A stretch of DNA of 61,196 bases from Burkholderiales bacterium (GTDB lineage: Bacteria > Pseudomonadota > Gammaproteobacteria > Burkholderiales > Usitatibacteraceae). The stretch's first letter is position 1. The number at the start of each line of letters is the position of its first letter. The notes beneath the pieces are model-generated. The model saw only the letters and a program-made list of their open reading frames with translations, searched no databases and was not told the DNA's origin. Shown here piece by piece: positions 1-8,560 of the stretch. The position numbers were made by a program, and so were the translations under genes. The stretch covers positions 1 through 61,196 of the forward strand of contig JBBRFJ010000001.1 in NCBI GenBank assembly GCA_038224475.1, given 5' to 3'.

Positions 1-812
1 TCGTCGCCTGCTGACAGCGGACGATTGACGGCCTGCCACGCGGGTGGTGACATTTCAAAAGCGACGGCATATTCCAGTCCCAACTCCTCATATTCGTTGA
101 TCTTGCCTTCAAAGATATACAGCTCAAAAAGCAGCGACCAAAAACCTTGGCTGGCATTCAATGGCAGCCCGGTAGTCGCGTTGATCGAAGCTCTCAGGGC
201 AGTGGCAAATCCGTCAAACGCGTTGAACCAGACTGGAATCTTGGCGCGCCGGAGTCGCTGAAAAACAATCGCAAATAGCTCAGCTTCCTCGCATAAGATT
301 GTTTTTATTTTGGTGAAATCCACGCGGCAGCTGCCAATCTCTTTGGCGAACGATTCAAATTTATCAATCTCGCCCAATAGGGCACCATCAGAATCCGGCG
401 TCAACGTGAAGAAATCCTTGCGCTCACGCTTCTCTCTGCGGCGCGGATCTGCTGCATCGAGCGTATCGGTCCACACCGGCGGCGAACGTTCAAATTTGAC
501 CGAGTACAACATCGATAGCGCATCAAACTCGCGCCGATTGCCGGTCAGGTGGTAAAAATCAAACAGCATCAGCCAAGTGCGGATGCTATTTTTGCCATCC
601 GTTGTTTTCATGTAGTCTTTTAGTGTTTCTTGGGCCGCCTCCGCGTGGCCTGCCGCGTAAAGGATCGCCGCCTCATACAGCGGCGGGAAATTGGTCGCGT
701 CGGGCAAAATTTGTTCTGACGATGGATTTTGCAGCGCCGCGGCGGGCTTGGGCGCAGGAACGGCCGTCGGCTTTTGCGTCGAACCAGGTTTTCCTGAAAT
801 GGGAGTCGCCAT
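1..812 (-). CDS. hypothetical protein; N-terminal ~270 codons, gene runs off the window start
   Basis: Absent from the ORF track because it has no stop in the window. ATG at 812-810 is preceded by AAGGA, followed by an uninterrupted frame to position 1 (MATPISGKPGSTQKP...FEMSPPAWQAVNRPLSAGD). Composition is protein-like and the strand matches the upstream operon. Confidence 0.6.
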   Translation of the reverse strand, partial: MATPISGKPGSTQKPTAVPAPKPAAALQNPSSEQILPDATNFPPLYEAAILYAAGHAEAAQETLKDYMKTTDGKNSIRTWLMLFDFYHLTGNRREFDALSMLYSVKFERSPPVWTDTLDAADPRRREKRERKDFFTLTPDSDGALLGEIDKFESFAKEIGSCRVDFTKIKTILCEEAELFAIVFQRLRRAKIPVWFNAFDGFATALRASINATTGLPLNASQGFWSLLFELYIFEGKINEYEELGLEYAVAFEMSPPAWQAVNRPLSAGD

Positions 813-878
813 GCCTTTGTGATCCTTAAATGGGCGCTTTATATTCGCGTCGAAATAGCGCGCCTTGGTTGACGAATA

Positions 879-1499
879 TTAAAACTTTACAGATTCAGCA
901 TTGACGAGACGGAAAAACAGATACTGGTCGTTCACCAGCTCCAGCTTGCCGCTGACCACGATGGGTTCCCATTGATTGAATTCCACCGGTGTTTTAGCCA
1001 CGACCTCGACCATTGAGTCCGGTCCTTGCGACACGCAATACGGGCAGTGCGACGGCAGCGGCGAAATCAGAAAATGCTTTTGTTTGGCCCCAGTCGAAAG
1101 CGGTAGCACAAACCCATATAACTTTACCTCCTGATTATCCAGTTCTTTCAGTTGCGCACTGAATTCTGGCAGGATCGCTGGCGCTTTTTTGGTGATGCTT
1201 GCCTTGTTGTCCTTTACGGCGCTAACGTCCTTTGCACCTTTTACTTCTTTCGCTTCCACCAGCTTTACTTGCCGAAGCAGCTGCCACGGAACGGTGCCCG
1301 CAGGGAGCGGATCTTTGCCAATGTAGCTAAACAGTTGCTCATCAGCCAGCGGCACAGATGATGGTGCCGCCGGTAAAACCGCCTGCGCCAGCGTGGCAAC
1401 GAACAAGCTACTAAAAAGGCATAGCGACGTCATTACCATTGCGATGCTGATTTTAACGGACTTCGTTTTTTTCATGACTCGTTGCATAAGTTGTTTCAT
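879..1499 (-). CDS. DUF3299-like periplasmic protein with signal peptide
   Basis: Start trimmed to the ATG at 1499, preceded by GAGGA and 17 nt after the permease stop. Signal-like N-terminus MKKTKSVKISIAMVMTSLCLFSSLFVATLAQA. The C-terminal HCPYC motif is typical of DUF3299 proteins that partner ABC transporters. Confidence 0.7.
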   Translation of the reverse strand: MKQLMQRVMKKTKSVKISIAMVMTSLCLFSSLFVATLAQAVLPAAPSSVPLADEQLFSYIGKDPLPAGTVPWQLLRQVKLVEAKEVKGAKDVSAVKDNKASITKKAPAILPEFSAQLKELDNQEVKLYGFVLPLSTGAKQKHFLISPLPSHCPYCVSQGPDSMVEVVAKTPVEFNQWEPIVVSGKLELVNDQYLFFRLVNAESVKF

Positions 1500-1516
1500 G
1501 GAATCCTCATCTTCGG

Positions 1517-2713
1517 CTAACCGCCATTCAAGGTTTCGGACACCGCATTTCGATAAGCGCGCCATGCCGGAACGAGTGCCGCGAATATGGAAAGCACCAG
1601 CGCTGCGATGACTATCGCGATTTCTTCTTTAAAAAATGTCCAACCCGTCAAGTAAATGCGATGCGTTTTTTGAATTGCGGCACCCATCCATTCTGCACCC
1701 AAATGACCTAACACCAGCCCAAGTATAACGCCGAGCAAACCCAGTGCGAACCCTTGCAAGGCAACGGTAAAAAATACGGTCGTCGGCGTGGCTCCCAGTA
1801 GCCGAAGCAGCGCCAAATCTTCGCCCCGTTCATTCAATGTATTCATCAGGCCGATGAAAATGCCCAGCGCAGAACAGAGCATCATGATTGCAGCAAAAAC
1901 TTTCAGGGTTGACACGCCAATGCCCAATAGCGCGAACAGCCGCGACGTCTCCATCGCAGGCGACGCGGCCTGCATTGAAGTCGACGCGTTCACCATCCGT
2001 GGGAATGAGGCAGCGGCGAGCGGGTTTGAGTACTGAATGAGATAAGCCGTGATTTCTTTATCCGTGTCGGTTTGGTCGGCGTGCTCATGCTCATGAACCG
2101 CCCAGATACTTTCAACGCCCGTCAATATCAGTTTATCGGCAACCGTACCGGTCGACTTTAGTAAGCCGACCACAATATAAGGCTGGCTGGCATGGGTCTC
2201 GCCCCCTTCGGTCAGACCGTGCGAACCGGCAAAGCGTTGGCCAATTTTGAGGCCGGTTAATCGCGCCACTTCGCTACCCACTACGGCTTCCAGCGGCTTA
2301 GCCCACAGGCGCCCTTCGAGCAGTGTTGCGCCATAAAGATCAGCGTAGGTCGGCTCAGTGCCGACAATACGAAACGTCTTAAAGCTGTCGCCCAGCGCCA
2401 ATGGTATTGCCAGCTTTACCTGCCGCGCTGCGATGATCGGCGCGGCTTCGGCCAGAGGAACATTGCCGGTGGGAATATCCATTTGAAACACCGACGACAA
2501 AATAAGCTGCAGCGGACTTCCTTTCGCGCCGATCACCAAATCCACCCCGGCGGTGTCACGCTCCATTCGCTCTTCAGCCTGTGCCAACGTCAACATTAAC
2601 GCGATGATGGTGCCCACTCCGAGTCCCAACAGCAGCACATTCAGCAGCGTTTGCAATGGCCGTTGACGGAGATATGCCGATGCAAGCGTGAGCGCGATGG
2701 TGAAGGATTTCAT
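1517..2713 (-). CDS. ABC transporter permease, FtsX/MacB-like
   Basis: Start trimmed to MKSFTIALTLASAYLRQRP (ATG at 2713), 7 nt after the ATPase stop. It has an N-terminal TM helix, a large periplasmic domain and a C-terminal cluster of TM helices. Confidence 0.85.
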   Translation of the reverse strand: MKSFTIALTLASAYLRQRPLQTLLNVLLLGLGVGTIIALMLTLAQAEERMERDTAGVDLVIGAKGSPLQLILSSVFQMDIPTGNVPLAEAAPIIAARQVKLAIPLALGDSFKTFRIVGTEPTYADLYGATLLEGRLWAKPLEAVVGSEVARLTGLKIGQRFAGSHGLTEGGETHASQPYIVVGLLKSTGTVADKLILTGVESIWAVHEHEHADQTDTDKEITAYLIQYSNPLAAASFPRMVNASTSMQAASPAMETSRLFALLGIGVSTLKVFAAIMMLCSALGIFIGLMNTLNERGEDLALLRLLGATPTTVFFTVALQGFALGLLGVILGLVLGHLGAEWMGAAIQKTHRIYLTGWTFFKEEIAIVIAALVLSIFAALVPAWRAYRNAVSETLNGG

Positions 2714-2720
2714 GCGTATT

Positions 2721-3413
2721 TCACTTACTAGCCGCCAGTACATGAACCCGTGAAAATCGGTGCTTGATCCGCGCATCATGGGTTGCCACCACCAGCGTTG
2801 CGCCATGCTCATGCGCCTGCGCAAATAGCAAATCAATCGCTGCATCGCAATTTGCGTCGTCCAGCGCCGAGGTCGGTTCGTCCGCCAACACAATCGGCGG
2901 GCGGTTGAGCACCGCGCGTGCAATGGCCACACGCTGCGCTTCACCCTGAGAAAGTGCGCGCGGAAACTTCTGCGCCTTCTGTTCAATTCCCAGCGCGCGC
3001 AGCACCGCGCTAACCCGATTCAAATCCCGCGCCAGCCCGGCCAGGCGCTGCGTTAGCAGCAAATTATTTTCCACATTCAGCGCAGAAATAAGATGCAATC
3101 GTTGCATCACCAAGCCAATTTTCTGACAACGAAATTTATCTCGCTCACGGCCAGAAAGCGCATTTAGCATCGTGCCGTCAATCACTATGTTGCCGCTAAA
3201 TGGTAATGCCAGGCCCGACAGCAGATTGAGCAACGTGGTTTTGCCGGAGCCAGACGGACCGAGCAACAACGTGTGTTCGCCCTGCGCGATCGACAGGTGC
3301 GCGATGTTGACGACAGTCTGCCGGCCGGCCGGGGTGTCGTATCCGGCCAAGAGGTTTTCAATGGCGATCAGCACGTTTGCGGTTTTTCCGGCAACACGCA
3401 AACTAAGCGGCAA
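2721..3413 (-). CDS. ABC transporter ATP-binding protein
   Basis: Walker A GPSGSGKTT, signature LSQGEAQRVAIARA, Walker B IVLADEPTSALD. Confidence 0.9.
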   Translation of the reverse strand: MPLSLRVAGKTANVLIAIENLLAGYDTPAGRQTVVNIAHLSIAQGEHTLLLGPSGSGKTTLLNLLSGLALPFSGNIVIDGTMLNALSGRERDKFRCQKIGLVMQRLHLISALNVENNLLLTQRLAGLARDLNRVSAVLRALGIEQKAQKFPRALSQGEAQRVAIARAVLNRPPIVLADEPTSALDDANCDAAIDLLFAQAHEHGATLVVATHDARIKHRFSRVHVLAASK

Positions 3414-4464
3414 CGATTAATGCCGGCGTTGTTTCCGCTTTTTCTACGACGCAATACGCCAAGCCTTCTGTAAAAATCCGCTTCGGCAAATTGCGGCCGA
3501 TGAAAACCATCTTCGATTCGCGTGCTTCGCCCGGTAGCCACGCCTTGCCAGGGCTGCCGCCCATCAGCATATGCACACCTTGAAAAATCATGCGGTTGTC
3601 CTGACCGTCGATACTGAGCACACCTTTGTAGCGCAACATATCTGCGCCGTAGGTTTGGATCAGCAGCGATAGGAATGCCTCGATCTTCTCCATATCCAAT
3701 GGCCGCGTGTCTTTCCAAATAAACGATTGCACATCGTCCGAATGAGTGTGGTGATCTTCAGCTAAAAATTCAGGTTCAATCTCTAATATCGAATTCAAAT
3801 TGAAGCCGCGAATATCCAAAATTTCTTTAATATCGGTTTCGCCAAAATGCACCTTGTGGAACGTCGCGCGCGGATTCATGCGCTTGAGCCGGTCTATCAA
3901 TTGTTTGGTCTCTTCTTCGGCCACGAGGTCGGTTTTCGACAGCAGCACACGGTCTGCAAAGCCAATCTGGGCGCGGGCCTCCGAGCTATCAGTGAGTTGC
4001 TGGGAGCCATGTTTTGCATCCACCACGGTGATCACCGCATCGAGCACGTATTGATCGTGAATCGCTTCGTCCATAAAAAACGTTTGGGCGACTGGGCCGG
4101 GTTCGGCCATGCCGGTGGTCTCGATAATCACCCGATCAAACTTAAGCGTGCCTGCTTTTCGTTTGGCCGCGAGTTCGCTGAGAATTCGCACCAAGTCGCC
4201 GCGCACGGTGCAGCAGATACAGCCGTTGTTCATCTCAACAATCTGCTCATCTTTTTCTTGCACCAGAATTTCGTTGTCGATACCCTCTTCACCAAATTCA
4301 TTTTCGATCACCGCGATTTTCTCGCCGTGTCGCTCGGTCAGAATCCGCTTCAGGAGCGTGGTTTTTCCGCTCCCTAAATATCCGGTGAGGATCGTCGCGG
4401 GGATGAGCTCGATCTTCGATTTTTGTGCTTTGATTTCAGCTTTGGCTTGTGATTTGGCAGACAT
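3403..4464 (-). CDS. COG0523/CobW-family G3E GTPase (putative zinc metallochaperone)
   Basis: P-loop GYLGSGKTTLL, CICC metal motif (NGCICCTVRGD) and a His-rich stretch AEDHHTHSDD. It lies in the zur cluster. Confidence 0.9.
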   Translation of the reverse strand: MSAKSQAKAEIKAQKSKIELIPATILTGYLGSGKTTLLKRILTERHGEKIAVIENEFGEEGIDNEILVQEKDEQIVEMNNGCICCTVRGDLVRILSELAAKRKAGTLKFDRVIIETTGMAEPGPVAQTFFMDEAIHDQYVLDAVITVVDAKHGSQQLTDSSEARAQIGFADRVLLSKTDLVAEEETKQLIDRLKRMNPRATFHKVHFGETDIKEILDIRGFNLNSILEIEPEFLAEDHHTHSDDVQSFIWKDTRPLDMEKIEAFLSLLIQTYGADMLRYKGVLSIDGQDNRMIFQGVHMLMGGSPGKAWLPGEARESKMVFIGRNLPKRIFTEGLAYCVVEKAETTPALIVAA

Positions 4465-4503
4465 GCGATTGCTCCGTGTGTTTGAAACGTGGTGTGGTAT
4501 TTG

Positions 4504-4645
4504 AGGAAGCTCTGATTAAGTCGATTTCGTTGCCAACCGTTGTTGCGGGACTAAAAATATCTCCTTGCAGATCAAACAATGCTGCGTCGATATTTTTAGT
4601 CCTACGCCTAGTCTGGCTTAGAACTAGACTTAATCAGAGCTTCCT
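4504..4645. repeat. 142-bp nested inverted-repeat element (19-bp outer arms, 14-bp inner arms)
   Basis: AGGAAGCTCTGATTAAGTC at 4504-4522 is the exact reverse complement of 4627-4645. GGACTAAAAATATC at 4548-4561 is the exact reverse complement of 4589-4602. Confidence 0.7.
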
Positions 4646-4779
4646 TAATTTGGATATTTAAACAGATGGTCGCTACGCCGCGAAGTTCAAGATGTTGGCT
4701 CAAGGTGTTGGACTAGGGTGGTGATTCGGCGATGGTATCTAGTTTGATCGGGATATTTCTGGTTCAGCCCGTCTATTCG

Positions 4780-5874
4780 TCAGCCTGATACCTCGACCGC
4801 ATCATCCACAAACGACTTGAGTGTGTCGCGAATAAAGTTTTCATCCAAATCGCGGGTGATAAAAACGATCCGTGTTCGATGGTCGCTGTCAGGCCATGCC
4901 GGTAATCGCGCCGCCGGATAAATCGTGTGTTGGACGGCGTGAATCGCGCGCGGTGCGCTTTCGCCCGCCACGTTAATGATGCCTTTGATGCGCAGTATTT
5001 GTTCACCGCGCAGCGAGGTTATCGTCTCCAATGCATCCACCAAGCTTTGCCATTTTATCGGCGCTTCAAAAATCATTGCGAAGGCACTAATGCGCTGATC
5101 GTGACGCGTTTGTTTGGGGTCCGGGTGGTTGACCGCGCCGTTAGGCAAATAGCGTTGCGACAAAGTGCTTACATTCGCAGGCGACGACGAAAGCGGGCGA
5201 TAGGCCTCAGCGCGCAACCACTTTTGTACATCCGGCGTCTTGCTGCCCGCTTGATATAAGCCGGTGTCGAACAGAACGACGGGATCAATATCGCCGGATA
5301 CGACCTCAAAAATAGTCGCGCCGGGATTGAGCGCAGCAATACGCGTGCGCAATTTGCCGGTGACGTTCGGTGCCACTAAATCCGTTTTCGTGATCACGAG
5401 TCGATCCGCTACGGCGGCTTGCTTTAGCGCTTCTTCATGATCATCAAGCTGTCGCATGCCATGGGCGGCATCCACGCAAACAACGATGCCCGATAACGAA
5501 TAGCGCGCGGCAACTAATGGCATTTCGATCAAGGTGTGCATAATCGGCGCCGGATCCGCGAGGCCGGTGGTCTCGATCACCACGCGTTTAAACATCGGCA
5601 CTTCTCCATTCGCGCGCTTGAAATACAAATCGCGCAACGCCGTCACCATATCGCCTGCGACAGAACAGCAAATACAGCCGTTCGACATGATGATCATATT
5701 TTCGCTGGCTTCGCGTACCAGCAAATGATCAATCGATACCGCACCAAATTCATTGATCAGCACCGCGGTCTCGCTCATCGATGGATGTTTGAGCATGCGG
5801 TTGAGCAGGGTGGTTTTACCACTGCCCAAAAAACCGGTGAGCAAGGTGACCGGCGTGATGATCGACGCAGACAT
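4780..5874 (-). CDS. COG0523/CobW-family G3E GTPase, second paralog
   Basis: P-loop GFLGSGKTTLL and motif NGCICCSVAGD. It starts 5 nt after the zur stop. Confidence 0.9.
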   Translation of the reverse strand: MSASIITPVTLLTGFLGSGKTTLLNRMLKHPSMSETAVLINEFGAVSIDHLLVREASENMIIMSNGCICCSVAGDMVTALRDLYFKRANGEVPMFKRVVIETTGLADPAPIMHTLIEMPLVAARYSLSGIVVCVDAAHGMRQLDDHEEALKQAAVADRLVITKTDLVAPNVTGKLRTRIAALNPGATIFEVVSGDIDPVVLFDTGLYQAGSKTPDVQKWLRAEAYRPLSSSPANVSTLSQRYLPNGAVNHPDPKQTRHDQRISAFAMIFEAPIKWQSLVDALETITSLRGEQILRIKGIINVAGESAPRAIHAVQHTIYPAARLPAWPDSDHRTRIVFITRDLDENFIRDTLKSFVDDAVEVSG

Positions 5875-5879
5875 GAGAA

Positions 5880-6350
5880 TTATTTACATTCCGCACAGAG
5901 GCCGCGAATTTTTAAATCGACCTCGGTGGTGCTGAACCCGGTCGGTAGTTTCACATTCATTTTCGGTTGCACTTTGTCCAGACAAAACGTTTGCCCGCAG
6001 GTGTTGCAGGTGAAGTGGGCATGCGCATGAGATGGCGCGTGATGCGCGTTGGTTTTACCCGCGGCTTGTGCGCCAGCCTGGGCATTCAGCATAAACCGCC
6101 ACACGCGATCATCTCCCGCAATGCGATGCGCAATACCCACGCCGACCAGCCAATCCAAAACGCGATAAACCGTTACCCGATCAATCGTGTGACGCTTTGC
6201 AATCATTGCCGCGACATCAAGATGCGACATCGCATGATCGCTGCTCAAAAGCGTTGCCAGCACCGCCACACGTGGCTCGGTCACGCGTTCGCCGGTCGCG
6301 CGCAACGCGGTCTGAGCCTGAGGAATTTTTTCCAGATATGCGAGTTTCAT
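5880..6350 (-). CDS. zur: Fur-family transcriptional regulator, Zur-like
   Basis: Winged-helix N-terminus, HAHAHFTCNTCG plus a C-terminal CAECK Cys pair (structural Zn site), and COG0523 genes as neighbours. Confidence 0.8.
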   Translation of the reverse strand: MKLAYLEKIPQAQTALRATGERVTEPRVAVLATLLSSDHAMSHLDVAAMIAKRHTIDRVTVYRVLDWLVGVGIAHRIAGDDRVWRFMLNAQAGAQAAGKTNAHHAPSHAHAHFTCNTCGQTFCLDKVQPKMNVKLPTGFSTTEVDLKIRGLCAECK

Positions 6351-6366
6351 GGGGATTTAGAGTGAG

Positions 6367-6381
6367 ACATTGGACCAATGT
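6367..6381. promoter_or_regulatory. perfect 7-1-7 palindrome ACATTGG-A-CCAATGT upstream of zur (candidate Fur-family operator)
   Basis: Exact palindrome 17-31 nt upstream of the zur ATG, with the 7-1-7 geometry typical of Fur-family boxes. The sequence does not match any Zur consensus I can recall. Confidence 0.3.
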
Positions 6382-6521
6382 GATCGGTAAGCAAGCTCAT
6401 TTTACCGCCGCGAGTGCCGCAGATGCAATTGAGTCGCAAAAAGGGTTTTTCACGCTTTAAACACTAGCACTGGCGAGCCGTTCAAGCTATTTCTATGCCG
6501 AACAGCGCTTCTGCATTGGTT

Positions 6522-6923
6522 CTACGTTGCCAGATGGTGGAGCGAGAAGGCCGCTTTAGGAAAAAAGTCCCGACTCGCTATTGACAGGGTTTGCGATGCA
6601 CGCGGACGGCGCTCGTGCAAATGCACAAAGCGGGTGGAGTGCTGGCGCGTTGCACGGCTAATTTGCGTGCAAGATTGCCGGTTTGACAATTCCGGCTTGC
6701 TCAACGCCGCGCTTGAAATTGCGCTGATACATTTGGTCGCACAAATGATGCCGTCTGCGCACACCCAGGCGTAAACACCGGATTCGCGAATGTAAAAACG
6801 AATCCAGTAAACAAGGGCCTCTTCGGTGCGAAAGCTGAATTGCAAATAGCGAATCCGCTCGCGCACTGAGTCGAGCACTTTTTTGATTGCAGCGAGGGGA
6901 GTGGGTTGGTAGACTAAGCCTTC
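6522..6923 (-). pseudogene. intI: integron integrase relic (frameshifted, roughly 230 codons deleted internally)
   Basis: Frame A reads [43 protein letters not shown], resembling the IntI1 N-terminus [34 protein letters not shown]. Frame B reads [35 protein letters not shown], resembling IntI1 [34 protein letters not shown]. The tail returns to frame A in degraded form. Confidence 0.65.
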
Positions 6924-7105
6924 TTAGGTGCAACCGCCTCTTCGGAGCAGGACTATGAACGCTGGAAAACGTGAAAGTGTTTTTGCCGTATATAAATACG
7001 GCGTTATTCGCATAGGGCTTGATGGCATGCGTTTTTTTCGCGTTTCTTCTGGAATGATAGGGAGGCATAGCGGAATAGTGGGAGACTCTGTGCTGCCTAC
7101 ATTTA

Positions 7106-7112
7106 GTTAAAT
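7106..7112 (+). other. GTTAAAT core at the candidate attI/first-cassette junction
   Basis: It matches GTTRRRY, lies 13 nt before the first cassette ORF, and sits between the intI 5' end and the cassettes. Confidence 0.35.
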
Positions 7113-7118
7113 TGCTAT

Positions 7119-7457
7119 ATGGTTTATCTCGACTGTTCCGGTGTTCGCTTTGGTTCTCAACTTGACGAGAAGCATTTATTTTATTGGGCAGCTGAAATTA
7201 CATGTTTTGTTCGTTGGGAACAAGACATTCTTGTAGTGAAGTCGAGTCGCATTTCTGAAGAGGCATTGCGTGATCTACTAGCCCTGTTTTGGCGGTACAA
7301 CATCCCGATGAAACAGTTGGCACAGTTTCGGAACACGGCCAATGAGGATTGGTTTGCAGCGCCCATCATGTACTGGCACAAAATGGTGTTCGCCTCGCAA
7401 CTTAGCCTGGCGCCCAACGCGGACGGCCCTGAGGGTCGCCGGGTAGCTCCACGTTAA
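7119..7457 (+). CDS. hypothetical protein (cassette 1)
   Basis: 112-aa ORF with no recognisable motif. Its last ~20 codons overlap the attC-like site. Confidence 0.5.
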   Translation: MVYLDCSGVRFGSQLDEKHLFYWAAEITCFVRWEQDILVVKSSRISEEALRDLLALFWRYNIPMKQLAQFRNTANEDWFAAPIMYWHKMVFASQLSLAPNADGPEGRRVAPR

Positions 7458-7459
7458 AG
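7395..7459 (+). repeat. attC-like site 1
   Basis: GCAAC at 7397-7401. Stem CCTGGCGCCC (7406-7415) pairs with GGGTCGCCGGG (7433-7443) with one bulge. GTTAAAG core at 7453-7459. Confidence 0.45.
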
Positions 7460-7470
7460 CTCAGACGCCT

Positions 7471-7905
7471 ATGAAAATTCGTCGTCGATTCTGCATTTTC
7501 ATTGTGTTGCTTGCGTTTGTATCGAACATCCATGGACAGCCTTCGGCAGAGTCTAAAGCGGAGAGAAAAATGCAATTTCCCCAAGATGTAAACGGTGACG
7601 TATTCCGACGCATGCAAAAGTCAGGGCTTGATTTTTCAAAATCTCACGATGTTGAGTTTTTCGCGGTCTTTCGCACCGAATCCGAGGCTGATGTCGTAGC
7701 CAAACAGTACTTGGCTGACCACAAATCCGGGAACCGACTGGTCAAAATCGATACGCGACCTGCGAAAAAGGGTGGAATGGAACTGCTCCTTGTCAAGAAT
7801 ATCTCCTTAACTTACGAAGGTGTTACTGCTTTTGAGCGGCGGCTTCTGGAACGGGTGTCGGCACACGACGGCTATTTGGATGGTTGGGGAGTTCTCCAAG
7901 AGTGA
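7471..7905 (+). CDS. RraB-like domain protein with N-terminal signal peptide (cassette 2)
   Basis: Signal-like MKIRRRFCIFIVLLAFVSNIHGQ. The body (DGDVFRRMQKSGLDFSKSHDVEFFAVF...YLDGWGV) resembles the RraB (regulator of RNase E activity B) fold motif ending in YDGWG. Confidence 0.6.
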   Translation: MKIRRRFCIFIVLLAFVSNIHGQPSAESKAERKMQFPQDVNGDVFRRMQKSGLDFSKSHDVEFFAVFRTESEADVVAKQYLADHKSGNRLVKIDTRPAKKGGMELLLVKNISLTYEGVTAFERRLLERVSAHDGYLDGWGVLQE

Positions 7906-7907
7906 AA

Positions 7908-7972
7908 GCTCTAACGCTTCAGTCAACACGGGCGTGCCAACAGCGGCGCGCCCGTTATTTTGGTCGTTGGGC
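7908..7972 (+). repeat. attC-like site 2
   Basis: CTAAC at 7911-7915 and AGTCAAC at 7921-7927. Stem GGGCGTGCC (7930-7938), loop AACAGC, stem GGCGCGCCC (7945-7953). GTTGGGC core at 7966-7972. Confidence 0.55.
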
Positions 7973-7975
7973 ATC

Positions 7976-8401
7976 ATGACGGATGAACACTGTGTGCAAT
8001 GGGATGGAGTGACTGGCATTGTTAGCCCCTGCGCCGATATCTCATTCGTCTACGACCAGCCAGATGAAGTTACGGTCACAATGCATTTCTCATGTGTGAA
8101 AGGTCTTCCCTCTCGTGATCTTGTGTTGAGTTTTAGCGGCGCAATTTCCGCGCGCTGGGAAAGTGAATCATTTGGGCTCAATACACTTCCGGATACGCTG
8201 CCAAAATGTGGGGGCATTGGTTGGGAATCTTGGACATTTCCCTTACTGAAGATCGAAAACTCTTCTTGGCTCAAATTACATGTCGACTGCCATCCTGATG
8301 CTGCAGAAGGTCGAGTGCATTTCGCACTCGTCACAATGAATGACCTTTTTCAGGTTCTGGCTCTACCAACTGTAATCACTAAGTGGATAGACGTAGATTG
8401 A
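7976..8401 (+). CDS. hypothetical protein (cassette 3)
   Basis: Trimmed to the ATG at 7976, 4 nt after the GTTGGGC core. The track ORF start at 7820 would read through attC site 2 and overlap the previous gene. 141 aa, MTDEHCVQWDGV... Confidence 0.55.
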   Translation: MTDEHCVQWDGVTGIVSPCADISFVYDQPDEVTVTMHFSCVKGLPSRDLVLSFSGAISARWESESFGLNTLPDTLPKCGGIGWESWTFPLLKIENSSWLKLHVDCHPDAAEGRVHFALVTMNDLFQVLALPTVITKWIDVD

Positions 8402-8433
8402 TGCTGCAACATTGCGGTCAAAATGGTTCGCTA

Positions 8434-8485
8434 AGCTAACTTGGACGCGCCAACAGCGGCGCGTCCTTTACATTAATCGTTAGAT
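8434..8485 (+). repeat. attC-like site 3
   Basis: AGCTAAC at 8434-8440. Perfect 9-bp stem GGACGCGCC (8443-8451), loop AACAGC, stem GGCGCGTCC (8458-8466). GTTAGAT core at 8479-8485. Confidence 0.55.
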
Positions 8486-8560
8486 TGCTCAATTATGGGT
8501 TGAGTACTTCATTTCACAGGAAACCACGTTGATATTGACGCTCTCGCCAATATTGCCCCA

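Noticed and set aside
25-829. Three plus-strand track ORFs (25-261, 310-555, 602-829) at the window start
   Set aside because: They are shadow frames of a single uninterrupted minus-strand frame (1-812) that has a proper ATG and RBS and a protein-like sequence. Their own translations are Ser/Arg/Pro-rich junk.
7820-7975. N-terminal extension of the cassette-3 ORF as given in the track (start at 7820)
   Set aside because: It would overlap the preceding gene by 86 nt and read straight through attC-like site 2. The ATG at 7976, just after the GTTGGGC core, fits cassette structure.
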